A program made the position numbers and the translations under genes. A DNA stretch of 52,001 nucleotides, from the NCBI GenBank assembly GCA_049720475.1, contig JBNASH010000034.1, forward strand, positions 1-52,001, in the 5' to 3' direction. This document shows, one piece after another, positions 18,627-26,237 of this stretch (the first letter of the stretch is position 1; each line of letters opens with the position of its first letter). The notes beneath the pieces are model-generated. The model ran no database searches and was not told the origin of the DNA. It saw nothing but the letters and a program-made list of their open reading frames with translations. Origin of the DNA: Minisyncoccia bacterium. Its GTDB lineage: Bacteria > Patescibacteriota > Minisyncoccia > UBA6257 > JAAZHW01.

Positions 18627-19420
18627 TATTTTCTATTGGTTTGCAAATTATAATGGCCAATAAGTTTGTTTAAAACTTTTTGAAAATTGGCGATGTTTTT
18701 GGAGATTTCTGAATTTTTTGGACAGGTATTAATTAATAAATCCGCCTGTTGTTTTAAGGATTGAATAAAGAAAGTTAAAATATCGCGGTTAAATTTATCA
18801 TTACTTCCGAAGTGTTTAAGGCAATTATTAACATAATTTTCATTGAGGCCGAGTAAAAACAAAGGGACATTAGAGAGTTTGGTTAGAGAGATTTTTTTAT
18901 CTTTAACGTCAAATTTAAAGCCATATTCAATTTCCGCGCCGCCCATTTTATTAACGTCTAAAACCTTTTTTCTTTTATCCTCATAGCGCTTACTATGAAT
19001 ATCGCATACTTCATCAAGAGCACACACGATATTGCCAGTTTCTTTGTCCAAGATAATATTATCAACACCATTTAAAACATCATCAAAAAAACTCGTTCGA
19101 CAAACAATAAACTCTTCTGCTAAATATTTTTGGAAAAGGGCTGTTTTTAATTTCTCAAATTTTTCTCCCAAAGACTTGTTTCGATCTTCATAATTGAATT
19201 TTTCTTTAAATCGATCTTCTCGAACTTTATCATAGAAAATTTTTTCTTTGGGGTAATTGTTAAATTTTTCTATCTTTAATCGACATTCCTCATCAACAGG
19301 AATCCCTAATTGATTAAGTTTCTCTGCCTCATTTTTTAATATTTCAATAACGTTTTCTAAACCTTTTGATTCCTTAAGATTCTCTTTTTTGTTTGATATA
19401 TTCATTTCTATTTTTTCCAT
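18626..19420 (-). CDS. hypothetical 264-aa protein, first cistron of the AmmeMemoRadiSam operon
   Basis: Long ORF with normal composition. Its TAA stop shares one base with the radical SAM ATG (TAATG). I recognise no motif. Confidence 0.65.
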   Translation of the reverse strand: MEKIEMNISNKKENLKESKGLENVIEILKNEAEKLNQLGIPVDEECRLKIEKFNNYPKEKIFYDKVREDRFKEKFNYEDRNKSLGEKFEKLKTALFQKYLAEEFIVCRTSFFDDVLNGVDNIILDKETGNIVCALDEVCDIHSKRYEDKRKKVLDVNKMGGAEIEYGFKFDVKDKKISLTKLSNVPLFLLGLNENYVNNCLKHFGSNDKFNRDILTFFIQSLKQQADLLINTCPKNSEISKNIANFQKVLNKLIGHYNLQTNRK

Positions 19421-19503
19421 ACATTACTATTATAAATGATTTTTTAAAAATAAAAAACTTTGTTAATATTTAAATAAATACCTTTGGATTGCTTTAGGAA
19501 AAT

Positions 19504-21222
19504 ATGAAAGAAACTATTCAATTTTATTTCAGCAAGAAAACCACCAAAATCATCATTTTAATTTTAGTGGGATTTTTGCTTTATCTTAATGTTTTGCACA
19601 GCCCTTTGTTTTGGGATGATTATGATGGTATTTTACATAATTTCTACATTCAAAATTGGGCTTACTGGCCAAAGTTTTTTAGTGAAAATTTAATTGCCGG
19701 AGCTGGTCTTTTAAGCGATTACTGGCGGCCAATGATATTAGTGATTTTTTCTCTGGGTTGGCATTTGTGGCAAGACAATCCCGTAGGTTACCATCTTATT
19801 AATATTATTTTCCATATTTCAAATGCGTTGTTATTATTTTTTATTTTGAGAAAAATTCTTAAAAAAGAAACCCCTGCTTTCTTAATTGCTTTAGTTTTTC
19901 TTATTCATCCAGTACAAACAGAAGCCGTTAGTTATGTTTCTGGAATTGGTGATCCGTTGTCAGCATTTTTTGTTTTACTCTCCACTTATTTTTTCATTAA
20001 TCTTTTAGAAAAAGGAAAAATCAAATTTTTAATTGTTTCGATCTTTTGTTATATTTTTTCTTTAATGAGCAAAGAAACGGCCATTATCACTCCGGCTATT
20101 ATGTTTTTAATTGGTTTACCGTATATTAAAGTTCAAAAAATACAATTTCGGAAAATCATCATTTATTTATTGCCATTTTTTATTGTTGCTTTGGTTTATT
20201 TTGGTTTGCGTCTGACAGTACTTAATTTTAAAAACACGCTTAATTTATATAATGAGGAGAATTTATTTACCAAACGCATAGATATACGCCTTTTGACATT
20301 TTTTAAAACTCTTCCATTTTATTTCAATTTTATGTTTATGCCTATAGATCTTTATATGGAAAGGCAAATTGCTATTCCTAAAAGCATTTTTGATCCGCTA
20401 GTGTTATTGGGTATATTTATTTTTGCTATTATCGTTTTTTTATTAATTAAATATTTCAATAAAGATTATATTTTTTCTTTGGGTATTTTATGGTTTTTGG
20501 TGGCGTTATTTCCAATGAGTAATATTTTAATTCCTGTTAGTGGATTGATTTATGAACATTGGCTGTATTTGCCATTAATAGGTATTTTTTTAAGTCTGTT
20601 TTGGATAATGGAAAAATTACTAAAACAATATCAATTAGAAAAAATCGGCGTTATTGTTTTGATAATTTTTTTGATATTTTTATCCATTCGAACTGTAATT
20701 CGTAATTTGGACTGGCGCGACCCCGTTTATTTTTATCAACAAATTATAGAGCATAATCCAACCAGTTATCGCATTTGGAATAATTTAGGAATTGAAGCTG
20801 AAAAACAAAACAAAATTTTATTAGCCGAACAAGCTTATAAAGAAGCGACCAAAATTGATTCACAAAATCCAATTGCTTATCACAATTTGGGTGTTCTCTA
20901 TTATTCAAAGATTGGCGATTACCAAAAGGCCGAAAGTTATTTAAAACAAGCTATTGAAAAAGACAAAACATTTTTTTACTCCTACATTTTTTTGGCTAAA
21001 ATTTATTGGGAACAAAAGGAGTTGAACAAAGCCAAAGAAATTTTAGAAGCATATTTAACAATTGGATCTCGTGCTGATATCTACTTTATTTTATCCCAGA
21101 TCTATAAAGGAGAAGGAAACATTAAACAAAGCTTCGATTATATTCAAAAAGTCCTTGAACTTGACCCTCTAAACAATCTTTATCAAAAAGAATTCGATTT
21201 ATTAAAGCAATTACAAAAATAA
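19504..21222 (+). CDS. TMTC/PMT-like multi-pass membrane glycosyltransferase with C-terminal TPR repeats
   Basis: The N-terminus has FWDDYDGILHN...YWRPMILVIFSLGWHLW...GYHLINIIFH, typical of TMTC/DUF1736-type GT-C proteins. There are at least 10 hydrophobic helices. The C-terminal region of about 170 aa has TPR-like repeats (WNNLGIEAEKQNK, YHNLGVLYY). Confidence 0.75.
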   Translation: MKETIQFYFSKKTTKIIILILVGFLLYLNVLHSPLFWDDYDGILHNFYIQNWAYWPKFFSENLIAGAGLLSDYWRPMILVIFSLGWHLWQDNPVGYHLINIIFHISNALLLFFILRKILKKETPAFLIALVFLIHPVQTEAVSYVSGIGDPLSAFFVLLSTYFFINLLEKGKIKFLIVSIFCYIFSLMSKETAIITPAIMFLIGLPYIKVQKIQFRKIIIYLLPFFIVALVYFGLRLTVLNFKNTLNLYNEENLFTKRIDIRLLTFFKTLPFYFNFMFMPIDLYMERQIAIPKSIFDPLVLLGIFIFAIIVFLLIKYFNKDYIFSLGILWFLVALFPMSNILIPVSGLIYEHWLYLPLIGIFLSLFWIMEKLLKQYQLEKIGVIVLIIFLIFLSIRTVIRNLDWRDPVYFYQQIIEHNPTSYRIWNNLGIEAEKQNKILLAEQAYKEATKIDSQNPIAYHNLGVLYYSKIGDYQKAESYLKQAIEKDKTFFYSYIFLAKIYWEQKELNKAKEILEAYLTIGSRADIYFILSQIYKGEGNIKQSFDYIQKVLELDPLNNLYQKEFDLLKQLQK

Positions 21223-21225
21223 AAT

Positions 21226-21915
21226 ATGAAATTAAGTATTATTATTCCAGTTTTTAACGAAGAAAAAACTATTAAAGAAATTTTAAAGCGCGTTAATGAG
21301 GCGGCGATTGGTAATTGGCAAAAAGAAATTGTTATTGTTAATGATGGCTCAAAAGATAAAACCGACCAAATAATTAACAATTTAAAATCGCAAATTTCTT
21401 TTATTTATCTAAAACATCCCACTAATCAGGGTAAGGGTGCGGCAATTAAAACGGCTTTAAATTATGTTTCTGGCGATTATGTTTTGATTCAAGATGCTGA
21501 TTTAGAATATGATCCAAAAGATTATTCAAAGCTCTTAGCAATGGCTGAAAAGGGTTATGAGGTTGTTTATGGTTCGCGCAATCTTGATAAAAATACCAAA
21601 CGGGGTTATTTCTTTTATTTTTTGGGCGGAAAATTAATTACTACTTTTTGTAATTTTTTATTTGGCGCTCATTTAACCGATATTAATACTGGTTACAAAA
21701 TGTTTAAATCAGAAATAATTAAGAATTTAAATTTAGAAAGTAATGGTTTTGAGTTTTGTGAGGAAGTGACGGCTAAAATTTTAAAAAAGGGGGGAATGAT
21801 TAAAGAAGTACCTATTAATTATTACCCTCGTACGTTTCAAGAGGGCAAAAAGATAAAATTTAAAGATGGTCTTATTGCTTTAATAACACTTTTGAAATAC
21901 AAATTTTTAAAATAA
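21226..21915 (+). CDS. family 2 glycosyltransferase (polyprenol-phosphate sugar synthase-like)
   Basis: The product has LSIIIPVFNEE, VNDGSKDKT and QDADLEYDP, a GT2 fold with a DxD motif, and is Dpm1/Ppm1-sized at 229 aa. Confidence 0.85.
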   Translation: MKLSIIIPVFNEEKTIKEILKRVNEAAIGNWQKEIVIVNDGSKDKTDQIINNLKSQISFIYLKHPTNQGKGAAIKTALNYVSGDYVLIQDADLEYDPKDYSKLLAMAEKGYEVVYGSRNLDKNTKRGYFFYFLGGKLITTFCNFLFGAHLTDINTGYKMFKSEIIKNLNLESNGFEFCEEVTAKILKKGGMIKEVPINYYPRTFQEGKKIKFKDGLIALITLLKYKFLK

Positions 21916-21932
21916 ATGTTATAATATTTTTT

Positions 21933-22733
21933 ATGACAGAAAAAAGAAAAAAAGTTGGCTTAGCTTTGGGTAGTGGTGCTCTGAAGGGCATTGCTCATAT
22001 TGGTGTAATTAAAGTTTTAGAAGAAAACAATATCCCTATTGATTTTATTGCTGGAACAAGTATTGGTGCTTTAGTCGGTGCCCTCTATGCTTATTTTCAA
22101 AATAGCCGTATTTTGGAAAATATCGTTTTGAATACTGATTTAAAAAAGGGAATGGGATTGTTGGATCCTTCTTTGAAAAAAGGTTTGTTGCGAGGGCAAA
22201 AAATTAAAAATTTTATTCGGGAACATATTAAAGCAAATGATTTTAAAAATTTAAGAATTCCTTTAGCAATCGTTGCCACCAATTTAAAAACTGGTGAGGC
22301 AGAAATAATGAAAGATGGTGATTTAATGTCGGCTATTCAAGCTAGCATTTCTGTGCCAGTGATTTTTCCGCCTGTGAAAAGAGAAGGGAAGTTATTAATT
22401 GATGGTGGAATGGTGATGCCTGTACCGGTTCAGCCTTTACGAGAAATGGGCGCCGATATTGTGATTGCTGTGAATTTATATGGCGCTTTAAAACAACGTC
22501 AGCCTAAGCGTTTTAAAAAAATCGGCCTTTCTTTTATTGGAAATCGTTCAGCTGAAATAATGCTTTATCAATTAGCCAAAAGAGACATCAAAGAAGCCGA
22601 TATTATCATTGAACCAGATGTTGAAGGTTATAATCTAATTGATTTTATCAAACACCGAAAAAGTGTTTTGAAAAAAGGCGAGAAATCCTGCCAAGAAAAA
22701 ATAGAGAAGATTAAAAGGCTTATTTTTGATTGA
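21933..22733 (+). CDS. patatin-like phospholipase
   Basis: The product has an oxyanion GSGALKG motif, the nucleophile motif GTSIGALVG and a catalytic DGG (LIDGGMV). Confidence 0.9.
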   Translation: MTEKRKKVGLALGSGALKGIAHIGVIKVLEENNIPIDFIAGTSIGALVGALYAYFQNSRILENIVLNTDLKKGMGLLDPSLKKGLLRGQKIKNFIREHIKANDFKNLRIPLAIVATNLKTGEAEIMKDGDLMSAIQASISVPVIFPPVKREGKLLIDGGMVMPVPVQPLREMGADIVIAVNLYGALKQRQPKRFKKIGLSFIGNRSAEIMLYQLAKRDIKEADIIIEPDVEGYNLIDFIKHRKSVLKKGEKSCQEKIEKIKRLIFD

Positions 22734-23301
22734 TGGAATCAAATAAATTGTTCGTTTTGGCAGTTGTTGGCTCTTTTTGTTTTGAATAAAGAGATTTTTT
22801 GCGTTTATTATAGGGCACTTCAGCGGGAGAAGAAAGATATTCCACGGCAATCTGGCAGATGTACATTCCCGGATATAAAGCAACAGGCAACTCTGATTGA
22901 TTAGAAATTTCCAAAGTTAATGTTCCTTCAAAACCTGGATCAACAAAACCAGCGGTATGAACCAAAATGCCCATTCGTGCCAAAGTACTTTTGCCTTCAA
23001 CCCGCAAAACAATATCGTCAGGAACTTTTATATATTCTAAAGTAGCAGCCAAAACAAAAGAATTGGGATGGAGAATATAACTTTCACCATTTTTTAATCG
23101 TCTTTTAATAATAAAGTCATTCTTGGGCAATCCCTTTTTAATGTCTAAAAGATGATGTTTGGCAATGTTAAAGGATTTAAAAACAGGCCCCAATTTTAAA
23201 TCAATTGAAGCCGGTCCAATTTGATCGCTGGTTAAAGATGGCTTAAAAATCAACCTCTTTTCTTTAATTAATTTTTTAATATCTCGATCAGAGAGAATCA
23301 T
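22720..23301 (-). CDS. dcd: dCTP deaminase
   Basis: The product has MILSDRDIKKLI, GPASIDLKLG, VEGKSTLARMGI and LEISN, and is 193 aa long. Confidence 0.9.
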   Translation of the reverse strand: MILSDRDIKKLIKEKRLIFKPSLTSDQIGPASIDLKLGPVFKSFNIAKHHLLDIKKGLPKNDFIIKRRLKNGESYILHPNSFVLAATLEYIKVPDDIVLRVEGKSTLARMGILVHTAGFVDPGFEGTLTLEISNQSELPVALYPGMYICQIAVEYLSSPAEVPYNKRKKSLYSKQKEPTTAKTNNLFDSINQK

Positions 23302-23340
23302 GTTAAAGAAATTTTAACATTTCTAAAAATTTTTGACAAT

Positions 23341-23370
23341 CAAAACCCCGCCACAAAGGCGGGATTTTGA
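23341..23370. repeat. terminator-like hairpin, copy 1 of an exact 30-nt repeat
   Basis: caaaaccccgccacaaaggcgggattttga has stem cccgcc/ggcggg. It is identical to 25858-25887 and lies 3' of the hydrolase gene on the minus strand. Confidence 0.85.
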
Positions 23371-23428
23371 TTGATAGATAATCACTTAATATGTTTTTTT
23401 CGAGTTAAAAAGAGATTTAGTTTCGATA

Positions 23429-24220
23429 TTATTTTTTTATAAAATTAACGCATCTTTTAATCCATTGCTTCATCATATCGGGCCTTTCTAAATCATGATC
23501 ACCATTTCTAACTATGATTTTATGCGGGAAATCAACATTTAAACTATTTAAAGGAACTTTTTCATCTTTATCTCCATGAATATGGAGAACTTTTGATTTA
23601 TATTTTTTAAAAAAGAGTGAATAATCTTTGTTTTTGTTTTCCAAAAAATAATTGTTTAAAATATAATTCGTCTTTGTCATCCTATTTTTTATTTCGCAAT
23701 ATTTTTCAAACCCCCTTTCATCTAGAAAATTTTTATAATTTTTCCAATTTATTTTTTCCTCAGGATTTTTTGATTTCACATACCAATATCGCGAAAGGCC
23801 TTTTTGATTAAGGGCGGGAGCAAGAAGGATTATTTTTGAAAATTTATCAAACCATTTAGAAATTGCTACCACACAAGCAGAAACACTATGAACAACTACC
23901 ACCACATCTTCGAGATTCACAGCTTCTTTAAAAGATATCAAAGCTTTATCAAAATCATCTCTCATAGATTTAACAGTGGTATATCTAAAGTCACCGTCTG
24001 AAAGGCCGCAACCAGTATAATCAAATCTAAAAGAAACAATTTTCCATTTAATCAGTTCATTAGCCAAACGAGTAAATTTTTTCTCCGTAGTAGAAACTCT
24101 TTCAAAACCGTGTAAAAAAATAACCCCTCTTTTGCTGGGGTTCTTTGTCGAAACCAAAACACCTCTTAAAACATTTCCTTTTTTATTCTTGAATTCAATT
24201 AATCTGGTTATTTTTGTCAT
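23429..24220 (-). CDS. alpha/beta-fold hydrolase
   Basis: The product has GVIFLHGFE, a nucleophile-elbow-like VVVHSVSACV, and C-terminal HGDKDEKVP and GDHDL motifs. I preferred the ATG at 24220 (MTKITRL); the ORF track extends the frame to 24250. Confidence 0.7.
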   Translation of the reverse strand: MTKITRLIEFKNKKGNVLRGVLVSTKNPSKRGVIFLHGFERVSTTEKKFTRLANELIKWKIVSFRFDYTGCGLSDGDFRYTTVKSMRDDFDKALISFKEAVNLEDVVVVVHSVSACVVAISKWFDKFSKIILLAPALNQKGLSRYWYVKSKNPEEKINWKNYKNFLDERGFEKYCEIKNRMTKTNYILNNYFLENKNKDYSLFFKKYKSKVLHIHGDKDEKVPLNSLNVDFPHKIIVRNGDHDLERPDMMKQWIKRCVNFIKK

Positions 24221-24652
24221 GGCTATAGAAATTTTTAACCAAAACCACATTTTCTATAATAATTGCCGTAAGGGGATCGTCAATAAAAACTAAGAAAAAT
24301 ATCTGGATTTTTGAAAAATTGGATTAAGTGGGGAAGAAGGGAAGGAAAGTTCGGAGAAGGAGAATTTTCACTTTGCTCCTACTTTTTTCGATTTACTTCG
24401 CGGACATTCCATTGATCCTATCCTTTTAATTAAACTTTATTATATTTCTTCAAAAATTAGCGATAGTTCAATTTTAAGATTAATCGATATATAATTTCAT
24501 AAAAAAGACAATGTGGATTAAGCCACTTGATCCCAACTCAAAAAATTACTAAAATTATATTAGAAGGTTTCATTAGTAAAATTAAAGGTCGAACTAATGA
24601 AATCGAAAAGGAAGTTTAAATTTTAAAAATTGGTTAACCAAATATTTTTTCT

Positions 24653-25762
24653 ATGAAAAAAGCCTCTTTAATTCTCTTAGGAATTTTTCTTTTCTTTCCT
24701 TTTTATACCCATCATTCTCAGGCATTCACCCTGCAAGAATTACAGACGAAGATAGAAAATTTATTACGCCAAATTCAACAGATTCAAGAACAGATAAAAA
24801 ATATTAATCAAAAATCGACATCAGAATGGTGTTGGGATTTCAATAAAAATTTAAAAATAGATGATCAAGGAAAAGAAGTAGAAGCTTTACATATTGCCCT
24901 TACTAAAGAAGGTTTAGCTGTTAATTTGGAAACCGAAAAGGCAAAAAATGAATATGGAGAAGCAACTGCTTCTGCTGTTTCTGCTTTTCAAGAAAAGTAT
25001 CGTTCGGAAATCCTGGATCCTTTAGGTTTAAAATATCCCACTGGCTATGCTGGTCTTACCACTCGAAAGAAATTGAATTCTCTTTATGGCTGTAAAAATT
25101 CTCCCCTTCCTACAATTTCTCTTTCTTCTTCCTGTCAAAATTTTTACTGGTATGATGACAATACCAATTCTTGTCAAGGACCAAAAGCCTTTTGTGGTGC
25201 TTATATGTATGAAGGGTTAAGAGTTTTTAATACCAAAGAGGAATGTGTAAAAAGTATGGAAGAAGAAAGACCATTGGGATATATAAAAGCTGTTTATGAG
25301 CAAAATGGGAAAAGATATTTGGATATTGATTACGTTCAATGGTTGACTGGCAAAGATGCAATAAGAGCAGCAATTGAAGATGGAGAATGTTTTATTGGAG
25401 AAAATACTTCTCAACTTTTGGAAGAATTAGAAAAATTTGATATTTCTTCTGGTTATGGTAAGTTTGGTCTTTGTGCCCCAGATGGATATTATATCAGAAA
25501 TCAAAATTCAAAAATAAGGACATTTGAAATTTCTAATGACGTTCAAATTATAATGCAGACTTATGGTTCTGGACAATGTCATATGGAAACGAATGAAAAA
25601 ATTAGCTATGAGATATTCAAAAGCTTTTGGGGAAATAATCCTATTTGCGCTCCTAATTTGAAAAACGATCAACCCTGTTGTACTCATTTGAAGAGTGTGC
25701 CTTACAGGTTAAGAATCCAAAATGGCATAGTTACAAAAATAACTGAGTATTACATTCCCTAG
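24653..25762 (+). CDS. secreted Cys-rich protein with a peptidoglycan-binding-like domain
   Basis: Signal peptide (MKKASLILLGIFLFFPFYTHHSQA), a short coiled coil, a PG_binding_1-like segment (GKEVEALHIALTKEGL...GEATASAVSAFQEKY), then about 220 aa containing 13 Cys. Confidence 0.65.
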   Translation: MKKASLILLGIFLFFPFYTHHSQAFTLQELQTKIENLLRQIQQIQEQIKNINQKSTSEWCWDFNKNLKIDDQGKEVEALHIALTKEGLAVNLETEKAKNEYGEATASAVSAFQEKYRSEILDPLGLKYPTGYAGLTTRKKLNSLYGCKNSPLPTISLSSSCQNFYWYDDNTNSCQGPKAFCGAYMYEGLRVFNTKEECVKSMEEERPLGYIKAVYEQNGKRYLDIDYVQWLTGKDAIRAAIEDGECFIGENTSQLLEELEKFDISSGYGKFGLCAPDGYYIRNQNSKIRTFEISNDVQIIMQTYGSGQCHMETNEKISYEIFKSFWGNNPICAPNLKNDQPCCTHLKSVPYRLRIQNGIVTKITEYYIP

Positions 25763-25857
25763 AGCTAATCGAAATCTTTTGTTATATTTTAAACTACCCC
25801 CAAAGGAAAATTTGAGGGTAGTTTTTTATTTACCTCAAAATTTTTAAATAATTTGAA

Positions 25858-25887
25858 CAAAACCCCGCCACAAAGGCGGGATTTTGA
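25858..25887. repeat. terminator-like hairpin, copy 2 of an exact 30-nt repeat
   Basis: Identical to 23341-23370. It lies 5 nt beyond the 3' end of tRNA-Gln on the minus strand and 3' of the secreted-protein gene on the plus strand. Confidence 0.85.
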
Positions 25888-25892
25888 AATTG

Positions 25893-25963
25893 CTGCCGGG
25901 CTTGGATTCGAACCAAGATTAACGGCTCCAAAGGCCGCTGTCCTACCGTTAGACGACCCGGCA
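25893..25963 (-). tRNA. tRNA-Gln (TTG)
   Basis: The reverse complement tgccggg tc gtct aacggta ggac a gcggc ctttgga gccgt taat cttgg ttcgaat ccaag cccggca g folds as a cloverleaf. U1:A72 and G73 match bacterial tRNA-Gln. Confidence 0.9.
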
Positions 25964-26005
25964 ATTAAATTTCATTATATTAAAAATCCAAAAATTAGCA
26001 AGATT

Positions 26006-26227
26006 TTAACGTCGGGTAATGGTGAATGTTCCATCATCATTTTTTATTAAAGTATAATCTCTGCCATAATCATCTTCAAAATCTGCCTTTCCAACCCGGC
26101 TTGCTTCATGGAAGAAAACAATTACTTCACTTTGGTCTAGTCTGTCTCTCAAATAAGCAAATCCATCATAAGCCGTTTCATCATCATAACTGAGATAATA
26201 GCCGTAGAGTGAATCTTTTTGAATCAT
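26006..26227 (-). CDS. hypothetical 73-aa acidic protein
   Basis: The ORF starts 10 nt after the dnaX stop on the same strand. I recognise no motif. Confidence 0.45.
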   Translation of the reverse strand: MIQKDSLYGYYLSYDDETAYDGFAYLRDRLDQSEVIVFFHEASRVGKADFEDDYGRDYTLIKNDDGTFTITRR

Positions 26228-26237
26228 AAAAAATTTT

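Noticed and set aside
25853-26050. 65-aa plus-strand ORF
   Set aside because: It covers the antisense of tRNA-Gln and the 3' end of the 73-aa minus-strand ORF. It is an artefact.
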